Of a stretch of DNA of 61,899 nucleotides, positions 35,428-49,200 are shown in pieces. The number at the start of each line of letters is the position of its first letter. The first letter of the stretch is position 1. Source of the stretch: Reclinomonas americana ATCC 50394. Its lineage: Eukaryota. Below the pieces are notes generated by a model, which saw nothing but the letters and a program-made list of their open reading frames with translations, did no database searches and had not been told where the DNA came from. The stretch is taken from NCBI GenBank assembly GCA_048213135.1, contig PS015047.1, positions 36,165 through 98,063 on the forward strand, written 5' to 3'. The position numbers and the translations under genes were made by a program.

Positions 35428-38400
35428 GATTGTGAGACAACTAAGAGCGGGGAAAGAGCGAGAAGACGGGGAGAAGGGAGACGAAAGGGATGCGGAATAA
35501 GTGTGCGTGGTAGCATGCAGGGAGAAAGAAGACACGACACAAAAGAGTGGGNNNNNNNNNNNNNNNNNNNNTCTTTCCCCTTCTTCTCCCGTTACTCCCT
35601 TCCCCTCCCTTCCCCTTTCACCCTCCCTTCTCCATAATTCCCCTTCCCCTTATACCCTTTTCCTTAATACCCATTCTCCCTAATCCCCCTTCCCCTTAAT
35701 CCCCCCAGGCATGTTAGGCGCCCTCGCCCAATACACCTTCACCTTCCCCAACCGCACCTCCATCCTATTACCCTACTACGACGGCCCGTTCGGCACGCTG
35801 GACGAGATGACCAAATCAGTCTCCTCGACACAGGAGCGCTTCAACGGCCTCACCATCAAGAGCATCCGCAACACGCCCGACCTGCGCTACCTGCTGCCGG
35901 ACTCCATTGTCGAGTTCGGGCAGGTGGACTTTGCGAACGGCGTGCTCTCGGTGCCGCACCTCATGGCCATGGATAACTCGAATTACGAGCGCACGCCGTC
36001 GCTCATCAGCATCCAGCGTACAGTGGCGCAAGTGACGACTGGCTTTGGTGCGTAAGAGGGGAGGAGGAGGAGGAGGACGATGAGAAAGGAGAGGGGCCTA
36101 GTTCTTATTCTCTCTCTCGCGCGTGCAGCCATGCAGACGTCGCAGCAACTCTTCCCGGCCACCATGTCGCAGGCGTTTGACTTTGCCGACTATTTGAAGA
36201 CCGTGAAGCTGCTCGACGCCGTCGGCATTGGCCTATTCCCCCTCGCCCTCTCCTTCCTGCTGCCCATGTACATGACGGCCATTGTGCTGGAGAAGCAGGA
36301 GAGACTGCGCGAGATGATGATGATGGTGAGTGGTGGTTCAAGGAGAGACTCTGTGCTCTTGTTCTGATATATCTGTTGCCCTCTTTGGCACTTGACCGGA
36401 GCGTATCCTCGTGCTTTCTCTCTCGTGTGTTCTCTGTGCTTCATGGACTCTGCTTCCCTCTGTTTTTTTGTCCTCCACACGGTTGTGTGTATTGCTCCTT
36501 GCATCAACGCACTTTGCTGTCTTCCTCTCTTGTCGCTGCTCTGATCACCAGCGCACGCACACTGCACTGTGTGTGGGCAAGTCTGAAATTGTTGTCCTAC
36601 TCGGAGAACGAATTGCAGCTGCATTCGCTCTCTTCACCGTCTATCCCTCTCTGTCTCTCGCATTCTTGAGCTGCTTGTTTCGAGTGCGCTCGAATATCGT
36701 CTCTTGAATTCATATCTCGTCACCGTCAGTGCTGCTCATATCCTCCACTTCATCGTTCGTCGTGAACACTTCCTCAGTCGGAAATGCATGCTGACGGTGT
36801 CTTCTCTTCAACGCCCGTTGATCCTTTCTTTCATCGCACGCGAATGTGGACTCGCTTCTTGCTGTGTCCCACACTCACGACCTGATACTCAAATTCCCGT
36901 CCCTTCTCCTCCCTGCACGCTGATGGTGGTTTCTCACAACATCTGTGGATCTTTTCTTCCGTCGCACACGATTGTGGGCTCACGCTGTACACTTTCACAC
37001 TTTAATTTGTCTCTCACTTTTCCCTCCTCCCCTCCCTGCGCGCTGGTGATGTCTTCTATCCAACATCTGTGGATCCTCGCTTGCATCATCGCACTCTGCT
37101 CCATTATCCTTCCCTTTTCCCCTTAGCCCCTTCCCCTTTCCCCTTCCCCCTCACCCCCTCACCCCTTTCCCTATGTGCAGATGGGCATGCACCCCATCAC
37201 CTACTGGGCCACTACCTACCTCTTCAACTTCATCCTCTACACCGCCGTCTGCGCACTCTTCTTCGGCGTGGAGATCGGCCTCGGCGTCACCATCCTCACC
37301 AAAACCGACTGGCGCGTCTCGTTCTGGCTCTTCTTCCTGTGGGGCCACACGCAAATCGCGCTGTCGTTCCTGCTGAGCACGTTCCTGCGCCGCGTGCGCA
37401 CGGCCACGGTGCTCGGCTACGGCCTGGTGCTGCTCAGCATGTTCGCCTCCAACATCTTGAACACGCAAGTGATCCAGCTCGACCGCGCCCCCTTCATCTA
37501 CTACCTGTACCCGCCGATGGGCTTCTTCCGCGGCCTCTACTTTATGTTCTCCGCCTGCACCGGCATTGTGTCGGCCAAGGCCACGGTGGCCACGGCGCGC
37601 TGCATGTCGTGGTCCGACGTGACCGGCGGCCACGAGATGCAGGAGGTGTACGGTGTGATGGCCGCCGAGACCGTGCTGATGCTGCTGCTCACGTTCTACT
37701 TGGATCGCGTGTTGCCGACAGTTGCGCGACACGATATCGAGAGAGTGTGGTGTGCATAGTCTTGCTTTTGCTGACTCTCTCTGCCAGTCGTGCGGCGGCG
37801 CCGGTGTCCGTGTGTGCCAGCCGATTATCGAGTGCGGTCGGTGCACGTTCTGCGGCAAGCTGAACAAGGACGACGAGGCGTGCAGCTGCTGTCGGCGGAG
37901 TGGACAGGCGGGTGCCGAGGAGGATGATCAGGAGGTGAGGCGGGCGGACAAGGATAGAAGGGAGAAGGGATGGCAAGATTGGGCAAGTAACACCCTTCCC
38001 CCCTCCGCAGTCGCTGATGCCGTCACGTCAACACACGTACGGCTCGGTGAACGCACCGTCCGATGTCGAAGGTGACGCGTTTATTATGGCAACAGTTTTT
38101 CCTCCACTCGCCCTGACTCTTTCTCGTGCAGGTGCTGCCGGCGTGCCAGTAGTACACGTGGACCACTTGGTCAAGGTGTTTGGCAACAAGCGTGCCGTCG
38201 ACGACGTTACATTCTCTGTGCAGGTGAGCGCATGCTGCTTCGAGAGAGAATGAGAGATGGTGCGTTCTCACTCCGCCTTGCAGCGCGGAACGTGTCTCGG
38301 ATATCTCGGCCAGAATGGCTGTGGGTCAGTGCCTGTTCCCTTTATCACGATCATCGTTGTCTTTGCACTCACTTCCCCTTTTGCCCCATGCAGCAAGAGC

Positions 38401-40607
38401 ACCACCATCAACATTGTGTTGCGTTGCATGGCAATTCTAGCTGTTTATTGAAGACTTGTTGGGTTGTTCATCTCTTCTGACGAACAGATCCGGTCTGCTG
38501 CCACCCACCTCCGGCACTGTATACGTGAACGGACTCGACGTGCGCACCGACATTGAGGGAATCCGACAGCAGGTACAGTGAAGTGAACGAGAGTGATGCT
38601 GTGCTCTCAAGTCGCTGACCTGTTGCCCGCTTCGCAGATTGGTCTATGTCCGCAGTTTGACTGCCTGTGGTCAGGTGAACTCCTGGTTTCCTCTATGTCT
38701 CCATCTTCTCTCCTCTCGTTCTCTCCTCCCATCTCGTCCGTTGACACATTTGCTTCTTCCTTCCATCACAGTCATTTTCCTCCGTCTCTTGTCCTCCCAC
38801 CTCCTTCTTTTCTTCCCCTCTCATCTCTATCAAGTCCCATCTCCTTCTTTGCATGCCCCCCCATCTCCCTCTCGTGTCTCGTGTCACTTCCTTGTTGCAC
38901 CTCTTGCCGGTCGTCAGCTGACTGTTCGCTACTGCCTTTTCGCCGTCTTTCTGTGCTAGATTCTCGTTCTCCCTTTCTCGTAACCCACAGCTCACTCCAA
39001 TTCTCTTCCTCGTCACTCTCCCTCATCCCGTTCTCTTTGTCTTGCCTCCCCTTCGTTTTCTTGTTACTTTCTATAACTGCCATCCTGTCTCTCGTCCCCT
39101 TGTTCACTTCTCCCTTTATCTCACCTTGTCCTCTCCTCCCCTCTATCACCTACCTTCACTTCTCCCTTTATCTCACCTTGTCCTCTCCTCCCCTCTATCT
39201 CCTACCTCTCCTCCTTGTCCGTTCACTTTTCTCTTACTTTCTCCTCCCTCTCTCCTCTGCCTCTTCGCTCCTCAGCCCTTCATTTCGTCGTCATTCGCCT
39301 TAGTTTTCTCTTAGTTCTTCCGTGTCATTCACCTTACCTCCCTTCTGTTCCCCTCCTCTCTTCTCTTCTCCCCTTCTCCCCCATTTCCCCTCACCCTTTC
39401 CCATTTCGCCCCCTTCCCCTCTTCCCCTCTTCTCTTCCCCTCTTGTACCGTCTTTCCTCCTTTGCCCCCTCACCCTTCCCCCCCTCACCCTTCTCCCTCC
39501 CTCCCCCCTCCAGACCTCACCCCCCGCGAACACCTCCTCTTCTTCTCTCGAGTACGAGGACGCACCGCCCGGGAGGCAGCCGACGAAGCAGTGCGTTGTC
39601 CCTTCCCCCCTACCCCTCCACCTCTCCCTCTCCCTTTGCTCACCCTTTCCCCCACCATAGGCCTACCTGCTGAAAGAAACCGGCCTGGACGACGTGATGA
39701 ACCGACAATCCGCTCGTCTCAGCGGCGGCATGCGTCGCCGCCTCGCCCTCGCCATCTCCATCATCGGCAACCCACCACTGTGCATCTGCGACGAGCCGAC
39801 CACGTTGCGCTCTATCCTCAATTCTTCCCAATATCATTCCCACTGACTCCTTCGGTGATGAACAGCGGCCTCGATCCCGACAATCGCCGACAAGTGTGGG
39901 ACGTGCTGCACCGCTTCAAGCGCGATCGCGTACTATGGCTTACCACGCACTCGCTCGGTTCGTTTGTTTTCTGGGATTGGGGATGAACCAGTTGTCCAGT
40001 TCGTTTCCTTCCGCAACGATCTTATTCTCTCTCTCTCTCTCCCTTTTGCCACACAGACGAGGCCGATGTCCTCTGCAACGAGCTGGTGATTCTCGCTCAC
40101 GGGCGCGTCCGCGCACAAGGCACCCCACTCGCTCTGAAGGCACGTTTCGGAAGCGGACACAAGCTGACACTCACGTTTGCGCTCGGCCGCGAGGAGGACG
40201 CCGTACGGTACGCACCCTCTCTCCTCCTCCTTCTTCCTCCTTCCACCGTCGACTGAATATGCGATATATGTGCACTACTTTGCAGATTTGTCGAGGAGCG
40301 CTTCCCCGACAGCTTGCTGCTGGGCGAGTTCGCCTCCAAGAAGCAGTACCTGGTGCCGAAGGAGACCGCGCGCGCCTCGGCCATCATCGCCATCATGGAG
40401 ACTGAGTCGACACAGCACGGTGCGTGTGTGTTTTCTGTGATGTGTGCATTGACGAGAGAACATTCACTCTGATAATATTCTTTGTGCGCATGATTCTCTT
40501 TTCCTGTTTTGGTGGTGTGGTCAACAGGTGTCGTCGACTGGGGCTGCTCACAGGCCTCACTGGAGGACGTGTTCCTCAGCGTCATCAACGACGGTGAAGC
40601 CGAATGA
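33664..40607 (+). CDS. Half-size ABCA-family transporter (one TMD + one NBD), many exons
   Basis: ABCA N-terminus WQQFAALMRKNFTLQ; IVLEKQERLREMMMM|MGMHPITYW; Walker A GQNGCG|KST; IGLCPQFDCLW; signature LSGGMRRRL; Walker B ICDEPT|TGLDP; switch LTTHSL|DEAD; C-terminal DWGCSQASLEDVFL, TGA at 40605-40607. Confidence 0.92.
33770..34245. repeat. Degenerate (CACAC/CACTT)-type low-complexity repeat filling ABCA intron 1
   Basis: Recurrent cacacacttacacac and ttgcacactt motifs. Confidence 0.75.
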
Positions 40608-41244
40608 ACCGCGCACACACACACAGAGACAAACAAACAATGGAGGAAACCATCCGTTGAGAGCGCGCGCGAAATGGGCTCACAGACACAGGTGCGCTCG
40701 CAACAACATCAAAAAGATCCGGTTTCCCGTACGCGACCCCCAGCAAGCCCCCGCACACACAACAGAGTGGAGAGCAGAGAGAGCGCGCGTGTGAGCGGTG
40801 AGAGTTGGGCTCCGAGAAGGCAACTGGTGGCCCGCGAAAAGCCGTCGATATGCGTTTTTCAAAATCCGAGCACATCTCGCACACGATGGTCTCTCTCTCT
40901 CTCCATCTGAGCACACGTACCAGTAGTAGAGTCTATGCGATATATGGGGGCACGGGAGCAAGAGAATATACGCAAAGGCATCGCAGGAATCGCCGTGACT
41001 CATCGAAGGGACAGATGAGCGACCGAGGCAGATTATTCAAAAAAAGAATAATCTCGTTTTGTTCGTAATCGAAGGCGCTGAGAGAGCACACACACACGCA
41101 GAAGAAAAGCACACTCATTGACTGTGGAGTGCTTCTCTTTGTAAACACACGCAAACTCTCACACACAAACACACACTGAGTCTGTGTTTGTAACGTTTTC
41201 ACACACACACACTCTTTCTGGCTCTCTCGCTCTCTCTTTGTGCG

Positions 41245-44200
41245 ATGAGTGACAAGACAATGCTTTCTGCTGTGGAGGCTGCCACGTCAGCAGCAGAGGA
41301 GAAGAGAAGAAGAGAGGCGGGCGAGGACGGCGACGATGAGCAAGACAACGAGGACGAGGAGGATGTCACAGACGCAGCTAATGCACTGGAGGTGTGTGTG
41401 TGTGACAGCGTGAGAGAGGCAGTGACACAACACAGACAGAGTGTGTGTGTGAGAATGAGTGGCAGTTGTGTTTGTTGTGTGTGTGACGTGAATAGAGATG
41501 CTATCGTGGATTCTTACTTGTTCCATGTACACTTGCGTTTTTCGACATTGCAACTTGCACTGTGTACATGCAACCACCCAGCACACAGAGAACACACATA
41601 CACAGAGAGAGAGAGATACACATAGGCACACAGACATACAATCGATTTCCGCATTGCACAAGTTTTTAGAATCATTTGTCTGGAAACGCTAAAAAAAGAT
41701 GCATTGGTGTGCTGAATGTTCTCTTTTTTGTGTTTACATAAGGTATTGGCGACACTGGCGGCGCACTCGCCCAAGCAACAACAGCAAGCAGTGGTACAGA
41801 CGCCACCCGCGCTCGCGGTGATTGTGCCGGTGACGTTTCCCGCCAAGGCGTCGCGAGCGACTCCGCTCACTGCGCTGATTCCCACGGTGGTGACTTCGAC
41901 AACTGCATCGGCGACAACAACAACAACGTCGGCGTATCGACAGCATCCGCTTTCGTCAGGTGCGGCGGCTGCTGCGGCCGCCGCTGCACTGGCCCACCGT
42001 GCGTCGCCGTTGTCCGGGAGGTCTGTGTGTGTCCCGCGCTGTAGTTTGTGCGTTTCCGCGCGCGCGCGCTCATTGTGTGTGCGTTTTAAAGACCGCTGCT
42101 TGTGCGTGCGCCTCGTGCGACGCCGTCTCCTCCTCCGCCTTCGCTTCCGACTGCGATGGCGTCGCCGGTTCATTCGTCGAGTGGATTGGCGAGTGTGACA
42201 GTGGCGGCGGCGGCGGCTGCGGCGGCGGCTGCGGCTGCTGCACGCAAGAGGTTTACCTGGTCGNNNNNNNNNNNNNNNNNNNNCGACCGATTCATGATCT
42301 GTTCTTGCGGTGTCTCGATGGTGAGTCACCCGGGATGGGAGGGAGAGAGAGGGGAGGAGGGAGGGAGGTTTTGTCTCTTGCTTCGCCCTTTTCTTCACCG
42401 TGTTCATGCTCGTGCATTCGCTCTCCTTCTTCTGCTTGCCCTCATTCTTCTTCTTTCTCTCTCTCTCTCTCCTGCATTCGCTCTGTGATCTCCTGTTTAC
42501 CTTTCGCCAGTCTGGTCAGTTCTCTCCTTTCTGCGTTCTCTCCTCCTCTCTCGCCCTTCTTCACCTGCTTGTTCATCTTTCGCTCTCTCACTCTCTCTCT
42601 CTCTCTCTCTCTTTCCTTTCTCCTTCCCCTTCTCCTTCTCTTTCCCTCTCCCTCTCCTTTTGCTCATCCTTCTCCTCTATTGCAGGCAAGACGGACACTC
42701 CCAAGAACATTCTCATGCGCATGCGACAGTCGATTGAGTGCCCCGCCAACCTCTCCATGTCGCACATCAAGTCGCACCTGCAGAAGCACCGACAATCTGG
42801 GTTCGTTTACTTTCTCCCTCCTTCCTAACTTCTCTTCATTTGGTGCTGTCCGGGAGGGATTTGCACAATCAGTTTTTTTCCTCCCACCACTCTCTTGTTC
42901 CGTCCGCTTGTGTGTTGCCGTGCGGCTCCTCCTATGTTGTGCCTGTTGTTCTACACGGGTTGTGCATGCGCTTTTTGCTCCGGTGATTTTTAGCTGTGAC
43001 TCCGCATTGAGCGATTGATTCTTTTGTCTGTCAGTCGCATATGCGATTCCTTTGCACCGACTTTTTGTGCTGTCGCTTCCCTGTTTTGTGTATTATTCTT
43101 TCCACATATATCGGTGACAAGCATCTACCGTCGCTGGTCACTCCCTCCCTCCCTCTCCTCCCTCGTCGTCATTGTGCTGTTTTGCTAAAAATTGTTCTTT
43201 CTCCACTGTCTTTTAGCGGGCCTCAGTCTGATTCTTTCGATCCAGAAACCAATCATGCTCTCATCTCTCCGCGCGCTCATGCAGAGGATCAAGTCGGCGA
43301 CACAGTGGCGACGAGTCGGGGTTCTCTGACGACGCGCCTCCGATGCCGTCCAAGGTCCGCATTGTCGAGGTTACCGAGGCCGTGCAGCGAAAGGTTTGTT
43401 TTTTCGATTGCCTTTGTCTGATTGATTCTCTTGTCTAAAAAAGCGAGAAAAAACAATAGCACGGGTCGTCGTCTTCCTCTTCTTCTGCTGCGGCCATGGT
43501 GTCGACTCCATCGCCGCTGGCCTCGATGCCAGCGCGTCAGGCGCGCGCAGTGCCCGCAGTGACTGCGGTGCCTACACTGGCTGCCGAGCTGCAGCGCCAT
43601 AGCCAATCGCGCCCCCAGCAACAACAACAGCAACAGTCGCGCCACTTTGCCGCTGTGATTGGCTCGCCCAGCTCCAACTCGCCATCGCCGCCCTCGTCCA
43701 TGTCTTCGTCGTCGGCGTCGAGTGGCATGGAGATGTCGGTGGACAGCAGTGCGCCCGGCTCGGCGTTCACTGCCGCGGTGCTGACATCGCCGCGCAACAG
43801 CACCAGCAGCAGCGTCTTGGTGGGCGCCAGTCCCATCTCCATGGGCCCGTTGCAGTCGGCTACGGCGGCCGCGCGGTTGCTGGAGGCGCAGGCCATGGTG
43901 CCGCTTCCTGCGTCGGCGCTCTCGCCTCTGGCTGTGGCAGCCGTTGCTGCCGCTGCCGCCGCCAAGAAGGCACCGGTGTACGAGCAGTTTGTGTTTGGCA
44001 ATCCCGCCGCCGCTGCTGCTGCTGCGGCCGCGGCCNNNNNNNNNNNNNNNNNNNNCAGCTCGCATCGCTCGTCAACTCAAGGCAGTCTCGGCGCTGTCGG
44101 CGGGGTGTCCATGGCCGATGGCGACGACACCCCACCGCAGGAGGACGATGATGCGGTGATGTCGGATGGCTCCAATGGCGGCGACGCCTCGCAGAGCGTT

Positions 44201-44726
44201 CCCAATGCTCTCTGCTCGAGTCACGCCAATGTCATGGATTGGCTGAGCGACATGGCCAATCGGTACTTGTGGACGGCGGAAGAGGTGTGTTTTTCCCTGG
44301 AATAGGAGAGTATCTCTGAGAATTTTGTGCTAACCGGCACTCGCTTCTTGCAGCATCGCATGGTGGCGGTGGAAATGTCAAGCGGGCACGGTGCTCGCAT
44401 GATGAGCGTGTTGGTGCGGTGTTGGCCGCGATTGCGCGAGATGCTGCTCAACAAGTTGCCGATGGTGAGTGTCGCCGCGAAGCACACACACACACACACG
44501 TGTTGTGCGTCGCGTGACCCTCATCACTGCGTTCTCGCTTCTGTAGGGATTGGTGGCGGCCATGGACGAGGACCTGGAGCGTGCACGCTATTCCAGCTCC
44601 ACGCCCGAGCCGACATTCCTCATCTCTGGTCACCCGCACAAGGAGCAGCTGACCGACTTGATCCGCGTGGTGATCAAGCAGACGCTGGCAGAGGCCGCGG
44701 CCCAGGCAACCGCCACTCCCGCATAA
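41245..44726 (+). CDS. GARP (SHAQKYF-class Myb-like) transcription factor with long low-complexity regions
   Basis: RKRFTWS[gap]RPIHDLFLRCLD|GKTDTPKNILMRM..LSMSHIKSHLQKHR at ~42243-42795. The terminal exon ends in TAA at 44724-44726. The start at 41245 is inferred. Confidence 0.8.
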
Positions 44727-44937
44727 GCAGGGGGTCTCTTCTGGTTTTTTTAGTGATTAATGAGTTCCATAGTGGTGTTGTTTAACGAGAAAAGGTGTGT
44801 GGTGGTGTGTTCTCCAATATGCGCGAGTGTCTCTTGGCTGGCATTCGTGCGCTTGTGTTACTAATGAATGAAAATGTTTTGTTTGGAAGAAGGGGGTTGG
44901 CTTCATTTGCGCGCAGCAGACGCGAAGGCTTGCGCCT

Positions 44938-45487
44938 TTAGTGGAACATCGGTGCGAACTCGCCCTTGCAGCTGCGGAAGGAGTTGCTGCAGCGAAAGTC
45001 GACGTGGTAGCTCTGCGACGGGGCGAGGGTGGTGAGGAGCGAGGTACGGACAACAGGATGTCGGAACACAGTACCTGGTCGCCCCACGAGATGGCGACGC
45101 CTCCCTGCGAGGAGCCACGCTCTGTGGTGCTCCACACCTGATTGCCGTTGGCGTCGGTGAGCACAATGACGTACGTGTCGGGCTCCACAATGGAACCCTC
45201 GTCGAAGACGAAGGACATGGTCGAATTGTTGGGCACGCCGTCGCACTGCACAGTGCCCTCGGTGTCGTGGTGTCCGAGGTGAATGCCGAAGGCTGTGTAC
45301 GGAAGGAGGGGTGTTTGAGAGAGAGGTTGGGGTTTTGCGGGGATGTGGGTGGCGTGGCGTGCACGCAACAAGCGCTGGTGCACGGCCAGCTAGACTCCAC
45401 GTACGCCGCGACCTGCAGCAGGGCGCAGCAGACGCAGATCGTTGCGGACATGACGAGGATAATGGTAGAGGTGGGCGACTTGCTCAT
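44938..45487 (-). CDS. Small secreted Cys-containing protein (~135 aa, 3 exons), unknown function
   Basis: Signal-like MSKSPTSTIILVMSATICVCCALLQVAA; donor GTTGCG at 45369; exon 2 SFGIHLGHHDTEGTVQCDG..ISWGDQ; exon 3 SYHVDFRCSNSFRSCKGEFAPMFH-TAA. Confidence 0.65.
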
Positions 45488-46265
45488 GGTTGGCGTGCGA
45501 GATGGAGAAGAGGCAGAAGGTGAGAGGGGGGACGTCGATGCAAACTCGACCAACAATATTAATACTGGAGTTCGTTTCTGCCGACATTGCAAGACAGGAT
45601 TTGTATCAACATATACCCACCGACAGCAAAAGCAAGTCAAGTGCCTGCGGAGAGTGCAGCGATCGATGTGCTTGGAGAGCTCGACACACGCACGCGCGCG
45701 AGAAAGATTCACGAATTCGAAAACAGGACCATCGTGCAGGCGCGCGATCGGCATTCGAGCTTGCAAACCTCAGCATACTGCACTCACATTGATGGCGCAC
45801 CAACAGACGCTCTCCCTGAGCGAACGCGAGGCCGAGGAGCCGGACATGTCCGCGCATGCAACAACACACCTGCAGCACGCACTCGCCCATCGTTCGACGC
45901 ACTGCACACCTGCATGCCTCTCTCTCTCCTCTCTTACACACACAAGCGATGACCGCCAGCCAGCCAGTCTCATACGACGAGAAACAGCGCACAAAAACGA
46001 TCGATATCAATCTCCCGCCAATCATTCAAACCACAGTGTGTGAGAGAGATAGAGAGACTCTGTGCGAGTGCGTGTTTGTGTGTGCGCTCTTTCTGTTCAT
46101 CCGTGTGAGCGCGTCACAGTGACTGTTGCTGTGCGTGAGGAACAACACACACACTGCAGCAGCAGCAGTCGACCTCCACTTCTGCATTCTTCCGCACGCA
46201 CACGCACGCGTGGAGAGCCTTCCACGTGCTCCACTGAGTGTGCGTGAGAGAGAGACAGACACAAC

Positions 46266-49200
46266 ATGGGCGCAGGTTGCTGTCGAGCATGCTGTGTGGA
46301 GGTACGCTCACTGCATGCATGCATGATTCACTCTCTCTCTTTAACACACTCACTCACTCACTTCTCTCGCTGCTCAGTCGAGCCACGACAGACTTCGACA
46401 AGTGGCGACCAAGGCCGACCGCGTTCCGCCCACTGGCCTCACAGGCAACTCCTTTGTGGGAGCAGCCTCACCTGCGCACGCACATCACCAGCAACAAGCA
46501 GCAGGCAATGGAGGAGCAGGAGGAGGAGGAGGCAACGTGCGAGTCAGCATCAGCTCTGCCTTCTTCGCCGACGACTCTGCCCTCGGCTTCCAGGTGCCCA
46601 CGCGCGCACGACATAGCATGGTTGTGGAGAACGCAGAAGAGCTCGCAGCAATGGTGCAGGCACAACGCGCATCGTCGCCCATGTCTCCACAAATGGCGCA
46701 GGTGTTGCATAAGCAGCTGTTGCTGGCGGGAGCTCCATCGCCTCCTCAGCAGCAGCAACAGCAGCGACCATTGTCTCCGCAGTCGCTCATGTCGAACTCG
46801 TCGTCAATGAGCAACAGCAGTGGCGGAGGAGCAGTCATTGGAGGGATGCAGTCGACGGCGAATGGTCACAAGGCGACGCTGTGTCTGTTGGTGTTCAAGC
46901 ATCCGCCGCCCGTGCCGATGATTGGCGATGAGGAGCTGGAGGCGGTGTTGAGTCGGTTGCCGCCGAGGCCAGCGGCGACGCTGGTCAAGCGTGTGGCCAC
47001 CACCATGCGTGTGTTGCAGGAGAAGTTCATCAGCGCGGATGATTTGTGTTGGATCTTGCGACGTGTGTTGGCGGAGCCCGTGGAGCCTGCTGTCGTGAAT
47101 GCGCGGGTGGCGGGTGTGGTGGCCGAGGCTGCCGCAGCGAGGGGTGGTGGCGGCGGTGGCAATAGCCTCACGGGAAGTCTGGCCGAGGACTTTGAGTCGT
47201 GCGAAGATGCCGATGTCGATTTGTATGATGTCCACCTGGACATGGACGAGGGTGCCGAGGGAGAAGATTGGGGCCCGCCAGCGGGAGCGAAGGCGGGGGA
47301 GGAGGAGGCGGCGGCGGAGGCTGTTATTGCTCCCCCGCCGCACTCGGCACAGGCTTCCGCCGCCACACGACCTCGCCCGCCGCCACCGCCTCCATCCGTG
47401 CCGCTCCTCGCCATCCCGGCGGCGCAACCAGAGGCCGGTGCCACAACAGCAGCAGCAGCAGCAACAGCGGCCGCGCCGGTGGTGGAATCAGCATCGAGGA
47501 GGATTGTGATGGACAACGAGAACCGGCCGGCCTCCAACGAGGCAGTGGAAGAGGTGCAAGTGTCGGAGTTTGGCTCGGCAATGGAGCTCGGCTCGCCAAT
47601 GAGCGAGACGGAGGCGCGGGGTGCCGACGGGCGGAGCTCAGCCGCGTCGAGCAGTGTGTTTACCGAGGCCCTGGAGGCTGGCGATGGACGGAGCTCGGTG
47701 ACCTCCAGCAATGCCTTTACCGACGCGCCGGCCGAGTCCGACGTGATGTTCACGCCGGCGGTGCAGCCGGAGCCGCTGCCGTCGGTTGATGCGAGCGTGC
47801 CAGCACCGCAAGCCGCGGCACCGCCGTCGCGCCCTCCGTTGCCGCCCATTGAGGATTTGCAGGCCGCCGCCGCCGCCGCCGCCGCATACTTGTTTGCGCC
47901 GATCGGCTCGGACGCCTCCGCTTCCGCTTCCCTGGCCGGCACGACGAGCGAAATGCAGTCGCCGATGGTGCAGGAGAAGTTGCCGTTCCCCGACCAGGAG
48001 GACGAGCAACAGCCGCCACCACCAGCGCAAACGACGACAACGACGGAGGAGGAGAAGAAGGAGGAGGAGGAGAAGAAGAAGAAGGAAGAGGAGGAAGACG
48101 AAGAGGACGATTTCGGTCTCGCCGGCAGCGACGAAGACGGGGAGGATCAGCTGTACACGGCGGCCACGGCCACCATGGCCACACCGCGCGATTTCGTGGT
48201 CAAGGTGCCGGAGCGCGGTGCGCTGCCCAGGCTCAACTCGAACGGACCATCTTCGCAGCGCTCGGGCGCGTCTGCCAATCGCATTGTGCGCTTCCAGCAG
48301 GAGCCTGTGGGCGTGCGAATGGCGGTAGAGGGCGTCTTGCAGGAGACCACTCCGGCCGAGTTGCAGATGGCGCGCTCGCCAACACCGTCGCCCGCCACGT
48401 CGCCAGACAATGTGCCGTCGCCCGACGGCTCACCCGCACGCCTGCCGTGGGACGAAGATGACGGCGAAGACAACGGTGTCACCCCGGCCTTGCGCGAGTC
48501 CGTTCTCGCCGCCGCTCGCTTCTTTGGCGCCCGCGTGGCTGACCCGGAGAACTTGTCGCGGGTGAGTGGGGCAGAGAAACACGAGAGAGAGGGGAGAGGG
48601 AGAGAGAGACGCGCGCGAGAGCAAAGCCGAGAGGAGGAAGCTGTGAGTTTCTGAGGAAGATGAGGAAGATCATCTTGCTTATTGTCTTCCACTTCCCCCC
48701 TTCCCCTCCCCTCCCTCTCTCACAGGTGCTCATGGTGGTTCCCACGGAGCTGCACGCGGCCGTGTGGCACGAGATGGAAGACCGTGGCGTGGCCCCGATG
48801 CATCCGCTCACCTTCCAGCGCTTCTCCAGCGCCGTCAGCGTGCACGCGCAGCACCTCCTCAACGCGCACACCACCGACGTGACGCCCGAGGGCATCGCGC
48901 GTGCACTGCGCGCCAGCGCTCCCCGCAACGCCCAACAGCAGATCAGCAAGGCCCTCGAGCGACACCGCTTCACGTGCCGCCAAGTGGCGACGTTGCTGGT
49001 GAGCTCGGCCGACGTGACCATTCGCCGCGAGCTGCGCGACCACCTGGTGGTGATCGACCCGCAGAACCTCAACGTCGTCCTCAGCGTGCTGGCCTCGCAC
49101 CCGCAGTTTGGCGAAACCGTCAAGCACACGTGGGAGATGTTTGTGCAGCTCATGTCGCACGCGAGTGACCGGGTCTACCGACCGTCCGCGTGGGTCGACG

